Source: Macrostomum lignano
Taxonomy: Eukaryota
Reading direction: 5' to 3'
Length of the DNA stretch: 64,000 bases
NCBI GenBank assembly: GCA_002269645.1
Contig: NIVC01001089.1
Span: forward strand, 409,000-472,999
Shown: piece after piece, positions 25,811-36,774 of the stretch
How positions within the stretch are numbered: position 1 is the first letter of the stretch
Layout: every line of letters starts with the position of its first letter
The notes under the pieces: model-generated
What the model saw: the letters and a program-made list of their open reading frames with translations, nothing else
Databases searched by the model: none
Told to the model about the DNA's origin: nothing
Position numbers and translations under genes: made by a program

Positions 25811-28800
25811 ATGAGCTCAAAAGGAACTCAAACGAAGAAGGGAGGAAAGAAGAAGCACAAGAAGATGACACGAGCAGAGCGAGCACAAGTAAGTCAAAAC
25901 TCCTGTGCTTTTAGCTTAAACACCATGTATAACTATAACTATTTAATGGGTCTATAATACTTTTTTGTAAGTATTTAATAAGTAAATAGAAAATTCAAAT
26001 TGTGACAACTAAATGGTGACAACGATACGAACACGGAGTAACAGCAAAGATCCTACATTTCGCACTGTAATATTAGATTCTGATAATGTATACAACAATT
26101 GCGGTAAGCTTACCGCATTATCTTTGCATAAAGTTTAACTACTGACATTGAAAATTGTACCAATTTTAGGCTGAAAAGGCGGTAAGTGAAGTTTATACTA
26201 TACTTTTTACTGTTTATATTTTTCTAATTTGTAATTAGCTCTTTAGCTTTTTCATACTTTATAAAGAATGTTTTACCCAAATTTCTGCACTTCATTATAT
26301 TTCTTTATTCATTCCTTTGAATTTGCCTACATGCCTTGCCCTTGCCCTTGTGTGTTTGCATTAATTATTTGTGTAGTATTGTGCACAAAAATTTCACCTT
26401 TACAATATTTCTGGTATTATAGATTTAAGGATTTGTAGAAAACAAGTTAGTAAAGAGTAAAAGTCTGTTAATATTCATAAAAATTATGTCACGTCATATA
26501 TAAGTCTAACGAAGTTTGTTCTATTTTAATTTAATAATTTAAATACACATGTTTTTGCAAGTAATTTGTTATTAATATCTGTTTTGTTGCTTCTATCTCA
26601 TAAATCATGTACTTTCATATTTTTTGAAGATATGCTAGTATATTAAAGCTGTTCTGTGGAAGTATTAAAATGCTTACTATCGATGTTATTCCTTTTTTGT
26701 TTAGTGTGCAAATAAAAATTACTCCATTTATGAGTTCTGTTTTTGTAAAGTTTGTGACATATACTCAAGTTTTCTTGTAGCAGTTATTGTTTTCCGACGC
26801 ATTTTTATTATCTGAAAGTAAACATTAAAAAACACGAGCCAAATTTATAACATACTAAAATATGTTTATGCATTTACTAGGCTCAACTCGCCAAGATGAT
26901 GGAAGGCTACAAAGCTGACCAGCAGCGCTACAAAGAGTTTGTCAACCGGGTGGACAATTGGTTCACCCAGAATTGCAAAGTCATGCTCGAACTGTTCACT
27001 AAGTTTGATCGCGACGGGAACGGCACTCTGGATTATGACGAATTCAAAGCAGGTGCGAAACGTGTTTGATGTTGTGCTACTAACAGTATTTTCAATAATG
27101 AGGTCTTAGCACGTATACCACACGTAACACCACGTAGACAACTGAAAATATCGGATCAAAAGAGTTCTGAATAGGCCTTTAAATGTCGATAAAACTGCAG
27201 TAGACAAAAAAGTTTCCTTGTAAGCTGCAAATGCTACATTAAAACCGAAACCCTTCTCCCCCATCGCAGGCATGCTCGACATGAACATACCATGCAATTT
27301 GATCGAGTTGCACCTGCTCTGCACTTTGCTCGATGCCGATGGCAACGGTGACATTGACTACGACGAGTTTGGCAACGGGATCAAACACTTCAAGTGAGTT
27401 AAGAAATCGTCGCTTATCCATGCAGAGTTTCGTTCTTAATTCTTGCTAATAGTTTCAGTTATCCAGACATTTTTGAGAAGAAATATTTTTTTAGATTTTT
27501 TAGGCTTTTGTTAAACATTCTGATCACCAACCATGTGTGGTTTATCTGGCCTAGCTAATCATCAGGATCCAAGCTTTTGTAATTTGTTAATCTATTTCTT
27601 ACTCACTGTGTTTCTAATTATTGTATAGCGTGTGCGGTGTCTCACTTCATCGTAGGTGGTGTGATTTCTAACTTTTCAAACTTTTCAAAGCACTACGACA
27701 TTAAAGTATAGACTGTACGAGTGTACGTGAATGCTGTGAGGGTTAGAAAAGTGGGAATTTCTGGGAGAGGGGCAGTATTGCGTGAGGTGTCTGCTGTGAG
27801 GGTTAGAAAAGTAGGGTTTCTGGGGGGCATGGCGTGGGGGCTGCTGTGAGGGGTAGGAAAGTGGGGTTTCTGGGGGGACAGCATGGTGTGAGGAGGCTGC
27901 TGCTGTGAGGGGTAGGAAAGTGGGGTTTCTGGGGGGACAGCATGGTGTGAGGAGGCTGCTGCTGTGAGGGGAAAGTGGGGTTTCTAGGGGGACAGCATGG
28001 TGTGAGGTGGCTGCTGTGAGGGGTAGGAAAGTGGGGTTTCTGGTGGGGGGAAGCATGGCGTGAGGTGGCTGCTGTGAGGGGTAGGAAAGTGGGGTTTAGG
28101 GGGGCATGGCGTGGGGGCTGCTGCAAGGGGAAGAAAAATCATGGAATTGTTTAGAAAGGTGGAATAGGATTGCAATTAACGTGGGTTGAATAAATTAAAA
28201 TCTAATTTTACACAAAATATAGTTTTTAAATAATGCACTAAACGAACTACAATTTATTCTGGATGGTTTTTATTGAAGCTTTATAATTAATTTGCAAACA
28301 ATTTGTCTTTTTCTAGCGCGTTTACGAAGTTGATTGTTTGATAACCGATACTCACACATTCGTCTAATATTTAGAAACTTCAAGGGACTTTTAAGGCAAC
28401 GAAGGTAAATGCTCTGCTCTTTTAACTAAAGATTTTGCGGCACTGAAGTTCATTGTTCATGCTTCATGCTTCGGCTTTGCATACTGCTTGTGGAACAGCA
28501 GGTATAAGGCTTGGACAGTCCAGGCGTCAACCCTTAAATCTGCCTCTCCGCTCTCTCAACCCTTAAATCTGCCTCTCCGCTCCCTCAACCCTTAAATCTG
28601 CCTCTCCGCTCTCCCTCAACCCTTAAATCTGCCTCTCCGCTCTCCCTCAACCCTTAAATCTGCCTCTCCGCTCTCCCTCAACCCTTAAATCTGCCTCTCC
28701 GCTCTCCCTCAACCCTTAAATCTGCCTCTCCGCTCTCTCAACCCTTAAATATGCCTCTCCGCTCTCCCACAATCCTAAATATCAAAATGTACTTTGAAAA

Positions 28801-30774
28801 GCGTTGAAAGACAAAAGAGATTCGTGAAGCTCTGGCTTTTATACTATTTTTATCTGTCGCCAGCTCAATTTTCTTGGAAAAAAATTGCTCAACATTCTGG
28901 CCTGCCACTTCAGCGCTATGTGTGGCTTCAAAAATTATTTTATGAAAATTTTATCATCAAAAGTTGACTCACTTAGTCGCTGCTAGATTGCGTACCCTAG
29001 AGACAGCATCAATTAACTAGCTAAGCAACATAATTAGCACTGCAGCTGCTTACTCACGCACAGCTAAAAAGCATAAATTAGTTTCAGATGAAATCTGTAT
29101 AAAAAGTACCTGTAACAAAGAGCACGAACATTTTGTTATTAAATTAACAGGCATGTCATCAAGATGTATTGAAGAATATAATTTTAACATTCCCATTTCC
29201 AGATTAATAGCGTACGACATTTGTTATACTTTCTACTCGTTAGTAGCCAACTGTGGATAATATGAAAACTGTTTCAGCTTATGCAGGTCTAGCTAGTGTC
29301 GCATTATTCGCTGTTATGTTGTCAGTTGGACTTTACCCTGCCCCCATAATTTATTCGGAACCGAATTATGAGGAGCATATTTTTCGGTAAAATAATCTGC
29401 GCGAAAACCTCTTTGTCAGTAGCGTACTGCTTACCTGTAGTTTAGCCAGCATTTCTCTTCAAATTTCTAGTCCATCCAATAGCTAGGCTAAAATTCATTC
29501 AATTAAGTAAAATAAGCCCTATAACTATTAATCACACAATGATTAGTCGTTACTAACGCCATAAACAGTTGGATAAAATATTGTCAGCTCAGATCTGAAC
29601 TCCAAGCCGTCCTCGCACTTGCAGGGAAGTCGAATCCGGCGGCATTCTCGAGTCCGCGCCTTTGAAAATCGTCGGTCCCAGGGAGCAGAGGTGAGTTTTC
29701 TGGCTTCTGTGCAGTTTAACAAGCTAATTACACTCTGTTAAATGCTAGGCTGAAAGGTTCGCGGTTCGATTCTCGACCCACCCGGAACAATTTGTGTCCT
29801 TGAGCAAGACACTTAACTCTGCATTTTCTTCAGTTCGCTAAATAATTGATTACACCTGCCCTAATAGGCACGTGTGCAACCGACAGCTCAGCCGCAGCTA
29901 TGGCGCGGCGCATCTGAAGGCTGCGTACGGCTGTTCAGTCCAAGGACTGGGGGGTCGCCACTCACCCCCTCAATTACCCCCAGCTAATGCTGGCACCCAT
30001 TTTACAGCTGGGTGAACTGAAGCAATGCAGAGTTAAGTGTCTTGCTCAAGGACACAACTTGTTCCAGTGGGATCGGGAATCGAACCCCGACCTTCAAGTA
30101 GTGAGTCCTACGCTCTACGAGTATAACCACTAGGCTACAACCCCCAGCTGTAAAATGTATTCAGTTCACTCAGCTGTAAAATGGGGTGCCAGCATTAGCT
30201 GGGGTAATTGAGGGTGTGCGTGGCGACCCCCCAGTCCTTGGACTGAACAGCCGTACGCAGCCTTCAGATGCGCCGCGCCATAGCTGCGGCTGAGCTGTCG
30301 GTTGCACATCTGCCTATTTGGGAATGAAATAATTTATATAGCTTCAATTGTATCGACAGGCCCTTAATACTCTGAATACCCTACTTTGACCTAATCAATT
30401 ATTCAAAAAACTTTGCCAGGTTCGTCAGCGTCCTGTTCCGCTTCCTGATCTTCGAGCAGCAGACCAATCATCCCGGACACTTCGAGCAGGTCGTGCCGCT
30501 AGAGACTCACGGCCACACTCTGGTGGAGTTCATTCGTAAGCGAACGAAACTGGCTAGCAAAGATTTTGTACTGTTCTTTGACAATGCCAAGACCAACCAG
30601 TTGGACGAGTACAAGACACTGGAGGACCACGGCATCCACGGCGGTCCGGAGCACGCGCCCAAGCAGACTCTGGTCTTCTACGACTTTCGAGTTGACTTTG
30701 AAAGCTGCCCAGTGCTGATGTCCGACTATTATTTTGTGGAGAAGGCGCTTAAAGAAACCACTTTGATTGATTGA
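25811..30774 (+). CDS. EF-hand pair protein with a Lys-rich N-terminus and an uncharacterised C-terminal domain, 264 aa; exons 25811-25888, 26881-27052, 27270-27393, 29625-29690, 30420-30774
   Basis: Canonical loops DRDGNGTLDYDE and DADGNGDIDYDE. All GT-AG junctions join in frame (phases 0, 1, 2, 2). The last exon matches the ORF at 30493-30774. Confidence 0.88.
27740..28140. repeat. G-rich ~55-60-bp minisatellite in EF-hand intron 3
   Basis: Repeated GCTGCTGTGAGGGGTAGGAAAGTGGGGTTTCTGGGGGG units. Confidence 0.88.
28528..28775. repeat. 29-31-bp minisatellite (TCAACCCTTAAATCTGCCTCTCCGCTCTCCC), ~8 copies
   Basis: Directly visible. Confidence 0.92.
29745..30325. mobile_element. tRNA-derived SINE (+) split by an antisense full-length copy of the same family (~29850-30144)
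   Basis: Head with A/B boxes (TAGCCTAGTGG...GGTTCGATTCCC); core GTGTCCTTGAGCAAGACACTTAAC...CACCCAGCTGTAAAATGGG; 3' stem-loop tail. Confidence 0.85.
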
Positions 30775-30914
30775 ATCAGTGTAGCCTGCACTGGAATGTA
30801 AATATTTGTTTTGCTATCAAAAATGTACACATAGGAAGAATCTAACTAAATGCGATACAATTAGTGTTTGTCCTTGTATATTTGTAAATTTTTTGTCTCA
30901 CTATAATCGGTGCT

Positions 30915-31560
30915 GACAATTAGCCTCAAACTACACCTGAGACTGGCTCTATCAGATTGGAAACTGATAATTAGCCTCAAACTACACCTGAGCTGGCTCT
31001 ATTAGATTGGAAACTGATAATTAGCCTCAAACTACACCTGAGCTGGCTCTATTAGATTGGAAACTGATAATTAGCCTCAAACTACACATGAGCTGGCTCT
31101 ATTAGATTGGAAACTGATAATTAGCCTCAAACTACACCTGAGCTGGCTCTATTAGATTGGAAACTGATAATTAGCCTCAAACTACACCTGAGACTGGCTC
31201 TATCAGATTGGAAACTGATAATTAGCCTCAAACTACACCTGAGTTGGCTCTATCAGATTGGAAACTGATAATTAGCCTCAAACTACACCTGAGACTGGCT
31301 CTATCAGATTGGAAACTGATAATTAGCGTCAAACTACACCTGGGCTGGCTCTATCAGATTGGAAACTGATAATTAGCCTCAACTTAACACCTGAGAATGG
31401 CTCTATCAGATTGGAAACTGATAATCAGCTTCAAATTAACACCTGAGCTGGCTCTATCAGATCCAAAATTACTGATAATTAGCCTCAAATTACACCTGAG
31501 ACTGGCTCTATCAGATCCAAAATTACTGATAATTAGTCTCAAATTGCACCCGAGACTGCT
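30915..31560. repeat. 50/51-bp tandem array with a palindromic core (TATCAG-ATTGGAAA-CTGATA), ~13 units
   Basis: Directly visible; same family as 36775-38350. Confidence 0.93.
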
Positions 31561-31569
31561 CATCAAAAT

Positions 31570-32900
31570 CGATAAACGGTATCAGTCAATAAGTAAGTAC
31601 CGCCGTAGTTTAAAAAGTTTTTTGAGTGATAACAGCAACCTTAAGTGGAAATTGGTAACCAAATTAATTGTTTATCTAAGATACTATGAGTAAGTAGTGC
31701 ATTAGGATTGAGAAATATGTACTGTTGTTAGCTGCTTTCTATAGCTCCATTTTTAGTAAACTGTTTCTCCATCATACGGTAACTTGTGCAGCATTCGGTC
31801 AGTGACTCAGTACCACGTTGAGTAGTTTGAGCAATGAGCTCATTCGGAGTCAGATGACTCATCCAGTCACGTAGCGACTTTTCTTCTGACAGCTGCAGGA
31901 CACGCTTTCGCGACAAGTTGAGAAAGAAAAATTAGTTTTAGAAAGTTTTGCAGCAATGAAATATTTATGTAGCATTGTCTTCTGTGTAATATTATCTATC
32001 TTGATATCCTATATTTCATTTTCTATAAAGATTGAATATTTATTTTTGAAACTGTAAATTCTTAAATTCTATTTTTTGTATTTCTATGTTAAAACTTTAA
32101 ATTTAAACAAACACTGTATTTTCTGCAATGTTGCCAAAATAAATATGTAGATTTCGCTTTCGGGACTCTTTCTTTCTACCTGTCTTCTGTTGAATAAAAA
32201 TATCTTAGGAATTCTTGACAATCATGTACTGTAGTTATTTAAAAACACGATAATTACGCCTGGGCTCTGCGCATTATCAGATTTAACTGCTCGTAATTAG
32301 TCTTTTTTTACCTGAACTCACTTCATCAGATTTCACAATCTAGATATGATTTTCCTCGAGAATCGTGCCCACTCAGATAAGTTATAAAATTATGACCAGT
32401 CATAAGCTCACAATTCACACCTAAAACCCAAATTATATGTAATGATATCATAGGAAGTCGGCGAGCTACGGAGTTTAATTAGCCTACTATTAATAGGTAT
32501 AAAGAACCTGTCACCTGGATAATTAGTTCAAAATTACAGGCAGGGGCTATCAGATTGTTTTAGCACTCGTCTAGGTACGCAAGGGCTCTATAATGTATGT
32601 GCAGCAGGTGTCGGTGCTGCTACCTGAGCAGGTCCTGAGATTCGCAGCCGTCCGGGAATTTGTAACGCTGGAAATTGTACACCAGCGAGCAGTGGGGCGG
32701 CACCTGTGTTGGACCGGAGTTCCTGTTGACGACTGTTCAAGGGGCTGCACTTGCATATTGGTTGTTCAGGTCCGGATCTGCCACTCTGGGCACGATCAGT
32801 TTTATGGCACTTGTGTGACGGTAAATTAACGGCAAATTATTGCTTGGCAGGTTATTAGCATCACTCGTAAGTACCGGTACGTGTCCTGCAGCTTTTGCTT
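31570..32900 (-). pseudogene. Decayed partial duplicate of the 3' end of the giant EGF gene (last exon, 3' UTR, fused pieces of exons 40016-40611 and 41085-41315)
   Basis: 31570-32450 aligns by eye with 38610-39480. The last-exon acceptor is changed (CTCAG to CTCAA). 32590-32900 joins ~40085-40228 to ~41200-41400 with internal deletions. Confidence 0.85.
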
Positions 32901-32949
32901 CACCTGTCCTGAAACTCCGCCTCACCTGTTTTCGATTTCACGAAACCTG

Positions 32950-33668
32950 ATTGTATTCACCTGTCCTCAACCCCACCTGTTTTCAATCTCACCAATCCTA
33001 TTGTATTCACCTGTCCTCAACCCCACCTGTTTTCAATCTCACCAATCCTATTGTATTCACCTGTCCTCAATCCCACATGTTTTCAATCTCACCAATCCTA
33101 TTGTATTCACCTGTCCTCAACCCCACCTGTTTTCAATCTCACCAATCCTATTGTATTCACCTGTCCTCAACCCCACCTGTTTTCAATCTCACCAATCCTA
33201 TTGTATTCACCTGTCCTCAATCCCACATGTTTTCAATCTCACCAATCCTATTGTATTCACCTGTCCTCAACCCCACCTGTTTTCAATCTCACCAATCCTA
33301 TTGTATTCACCTGTCCTCAACCCCACCTGTTTTCAATCTCACCAATCCTATTGTATTCACCTGTCCTCAACCCCACCTGTTTTCAATCTCACCAATCCTA
33401 TTGTATTCACCTGTCCTCAACCCCACCTGTTTTCAATCTCACCAATCCTATTGTATTCACCTGTCCTCAACCCCACCTGTTTTCAATCTCACCAATCCTA
33501 TTGTATTCACCTGTCCTCAACCCCACCTGTTTTCAATCTCACCAATCCTATTGTATTCACCTGTCCTCAACCCCACCTGTTTTCAATCTCACCAATCCTA
33601 TTGTATTCACCTGTCCTCAACCCCACCTGTTTTCAATCTCACCAATCCTATTGTATTCACCTGTCCTG
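32950..33668. repeat. Highly homogeneous 50-bp tandem array, ~14 units
   Basis: TTGTATTCACCTGTCCTCAACCCCACCTGTTTTCAATCTCACCAATCCTA repeated; it explains the ORFs at 32881-33730. Confidence 0.95.
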
Positions 33669-34099
33669 AGCATCACATCTTCTTGACCTCAACCGTCAGC
33701 GTCCTGTCAACCATAAAAGAAGTGCCGTGACAGCCACAAAAAAGTCGTCATCTGTTATCTGCCGTACGGCTCCTAAATGTAGAAATAAAATATTTTATAC
33801 CAATAATTTCCTATAAATTTTGCTTGCAAAAATCCACTACTTTCTCAATAAAAGGTTTATTCAGAACGTTGATTGAAGCAAAATTACCGGTTCCAAACCA
33901 TCTGACAGAAAATCCCACATGTCTCAACAGAGGAGTTTCTGTGCTCTGGATCATAGGCCTATGACATACTACGAATGTACGAACTAAAATGAAGTAAGAG
34001 TAAATTTTGTATCCTTGGCTGGGAATTTTCAATATACTTTATTTGGGCCAAAGCGCGGAAAGAAGAATTGGACATAACGCAATACATCCATCACTATTT

Positions 34100-34780
34100 T
34101 TTTAAGTTAGATCACCATATCCAGCATAACGATGCGTCATGTCTCCCAAACCAGGGAAGGAAGACTATCACTCTGCTAAAGCTTATCGCCCATCAGTCTG
34201 ACGTCTTTCTTCCTCAAACTGATGGAACGGCTGGTGCTCTGGCGTCTCCTCCTGGTGGAGCGGAGGAACTCCCCGCTCTCCCCCAACCAGCACGCCTTTG
34301 ACCTGGACGCTCCATCGAAAGTGCGGTGCATGCCATTGTCGACGTGCTGAAGCGCGCCATGCTTGGCAGTGGATACGCGCTCTCTCTTTTCCTCGACATT
34401 GATGGTGCTTTCAATAATGTGCTTTTTAAAGCCTTCAGGCGGGCCCTGGAATCCTTGGGGCACCCACGAGCACATCACCCGCTGGATCATGTACATAGAC
34501 TTCCATCGTACTGCCACCCCGAACCTTCTGGGACTCTCGCTCTGCACTTTATCTGTGAATACCCCGCCTTTACTCAGGACAGCCCCCAACGTTTTCAGGC
34601 TCGGAAAGGGCTACTGGGCGAGCGACCATCCACCTCCTGGACTCTCCGGAGGGAGACCAGGCTGCGGACACCGGCACCACTGGAACTCCCGTAGCACCAG
34701 CTGCCTGTGGTCGCCAGAGGTATAGCGGACTGGGAATCAACGTTGTATCCGGATGCCCAGAGCCCCCTGCAGCTGAGTCA
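34100..34780 (+). mobile_element. Non-LTR retrotransposon fragment, LOA/Lian-like (RT core joined by a deletion to the 3' end)
   Basis: PKPGKEDYHSAKAYRP.SLTSFFLKLMERLV and LSLFLDIDGAFNNV. The 3' part matches 42730-42975 and 63570-63815. Confidence 0.82.
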
Positions 34781-35160
34781 AATCTCCACAGAGAACAACT
34801 GGCGCGAGTGTTTAAGCCTCACAATCAATAATCTAGAGGAAGAAGTAACACTGCTGAGAATTAGCTAGGCTTATATCTGTAGCTTTTAGCCCCCGAAGCA
34901 TTGAAGCCGCACTTCCTTGGCAGCTCATTATCATTGGCGGAAACTGGCGACAATGTAAGATGCTTCACTTCATGGCAACCATGCAAAAAAGATGTTTGGA
35001 ATTTAGGAAGAATAGTTGGTCTCTAAAAAGCATCCAACGGAGAGAATATAGCAGAGCGAGATTCCACAGATCAAGAGGAAAAATATACAGCTACAATCAT
35101 TTCTTCACTAATTAAAGATTCTGGTTCTGCACAATTCATAGAAAACTGATCCACTTGATC

Positions 35161-35939
35161 ATGGCATTGCTACTCTTGCCAACTGTAGCTGCGCTTCTGT
35201 TGATGCCTGCTTCTACTGCCGCGACTTGTCCTCTCGGTTTGACTGAGGTCACCGACTCTGGAAAGTCTTGGTGTGTCAAGAATTACAACAAACACGTGAC
35301 ATTCTGCAAGCGATTAAGACTTGTCACGAGAACGGCCAGGAGATGATCAGCAAGTCTGTGCACGACGCCATGGCGGCTACGAGCTTTTCTGGTGACAGAT
35401 GGTGGGTCGGACTGATCGATGCGCTGAACGAGAGAGGCACTCAGAAAGACGGCTGGGTTTGGATCAAGGACGGCCAGGTCACGGATGGTGGCGAATCATA
35501 TTTTTATAGTGGCGAACCAAATAATGAAGAAAACAACCAAGACTGCGTGACAGTCAGAAAGAACTCGGATAAAAAACTGAGGGACGAGACTTGCAATGAG
35601 CTAAACAACGTTTTCTGCTACGAGGATGCCGCTGTGGCCAACCGAATCGCTACCAAAGCCACCACGGGTAAATTTGTTCGCACGGAAATCGTCGCGTACG
35701 ATCAGCCCAGCCCAGGCTGCTGGATCAAGGGACCAAGGGCTAAAACTCACCTCCACTGCTCCCAGGCCTGCCTTGTGTTCGAATTTGAGGACTGCATCGG
35801 ATACTACTGGCACCCGGTGAGGAGGCAGTGCGTCCTGCTGCCCTACTTCGATGCCAGCCTGCCGCTGAGTGGCTCCGACTTTTCTGCCAACAACGAAGAG
35901 AAGCTGCAGTGGATGAAGTACAAACGGATTCACGCGTGA
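35161..35939 (+). CDS. C-type lectin + PAN-like protein, copy 2; a 1-nt deletion at 35307/35308 shifts the frame (pseudogene or assembly error)
   Basis: Collinear with 13131-13910. TGC GAA GCG in copy 1 reads TGC AA GCG here. The downstream frame is intact to the same stop. Confidence 0.8.
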
Positions 35940-36774
35940 ACCTCTTAACAGTTCAAACAATTTACGAAGCCACGAAATCAAACTAACGATACGCCTGAAG
36001 CTACATTGAGACAAACAAAAACTAACTTTTAACAATAAAACGAAGACTTCATACAAATCGCTGCTGTCTGGTGTGTTGTGCGATCGATTCTTTACTTCTC
36101 TCTACTACTCTCTACTCTCTTCTCTCTACTTCTTCTCTAGTTTACGAAGCCACGAAATCAAATTAACGACACGCCTAAAATAATATTAAAAACAACAAAA
36201 ACTAACTGCAAAATATCAATATTAGGTAACTTCAGTTCCCTATACTATACTGTTTTTAAATTTCGTAAAGTTTACTTCAAAGTAATTTTTCAGTTATTTC
36301 GAGCTAATAAAAAAAACTTCAAGCAAAGCTTCGCTGTTTTAAGATCTGAGCATCCAAATTTGATGGTGTTTTGTGGTTCCATTCTTTGCTTCTGGTGGGT
36401 GTTAATCAGAGTAGCTACAGCAGTAAATTTACAGACACAAAACAGTAACAGACTTCAGCAAATAAGTTTTGATCAAGTCAAAGGAACTGCATGTCGTAAG
36501 ATTTTAGTAGCACACGATGCCCAAGTCAGCTTGCTGGCTTCTGCACGCGTATCAACTGGTTGGTAGAGTTTCGTCTGCAATCTGTGATCTCGTAAATTGT
36601 GACGATCGAAAGCTACTGAATTCGTTTGAGTCGAAAGTTTTACACACGCGTCGCTGGACTGACGCGTCAGGCTCTTATGCATTTGTGAATTGATTGTTTA
36701 TTCTAGAAGGAATACTGTATAAGTACAAAGCAGGGAAAAAGTCAACTGGCTTAGGGCTAAAGGCTGCAACCACT

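Noticed and set aside
30060-30144. tRNA genes (also near 39780-39850, 54590-54655, 55630-55695)
   Set aside because: A/B boxes are present, but each continues into a SINE body and lacks a complete cloverleaf.
31728-31916. 62-aa ORF conserved in both duplicate copies
   Set aside because: It is an alternative frame over the CTCK last exon and 3' UTR, with no true ATG; its conservation follows from the identical DNA block.
32881-33730. Three overlapping 200-260-aa ORFs
   Set aside because: Artefact of a stop-free 50-bp tandem repeat.
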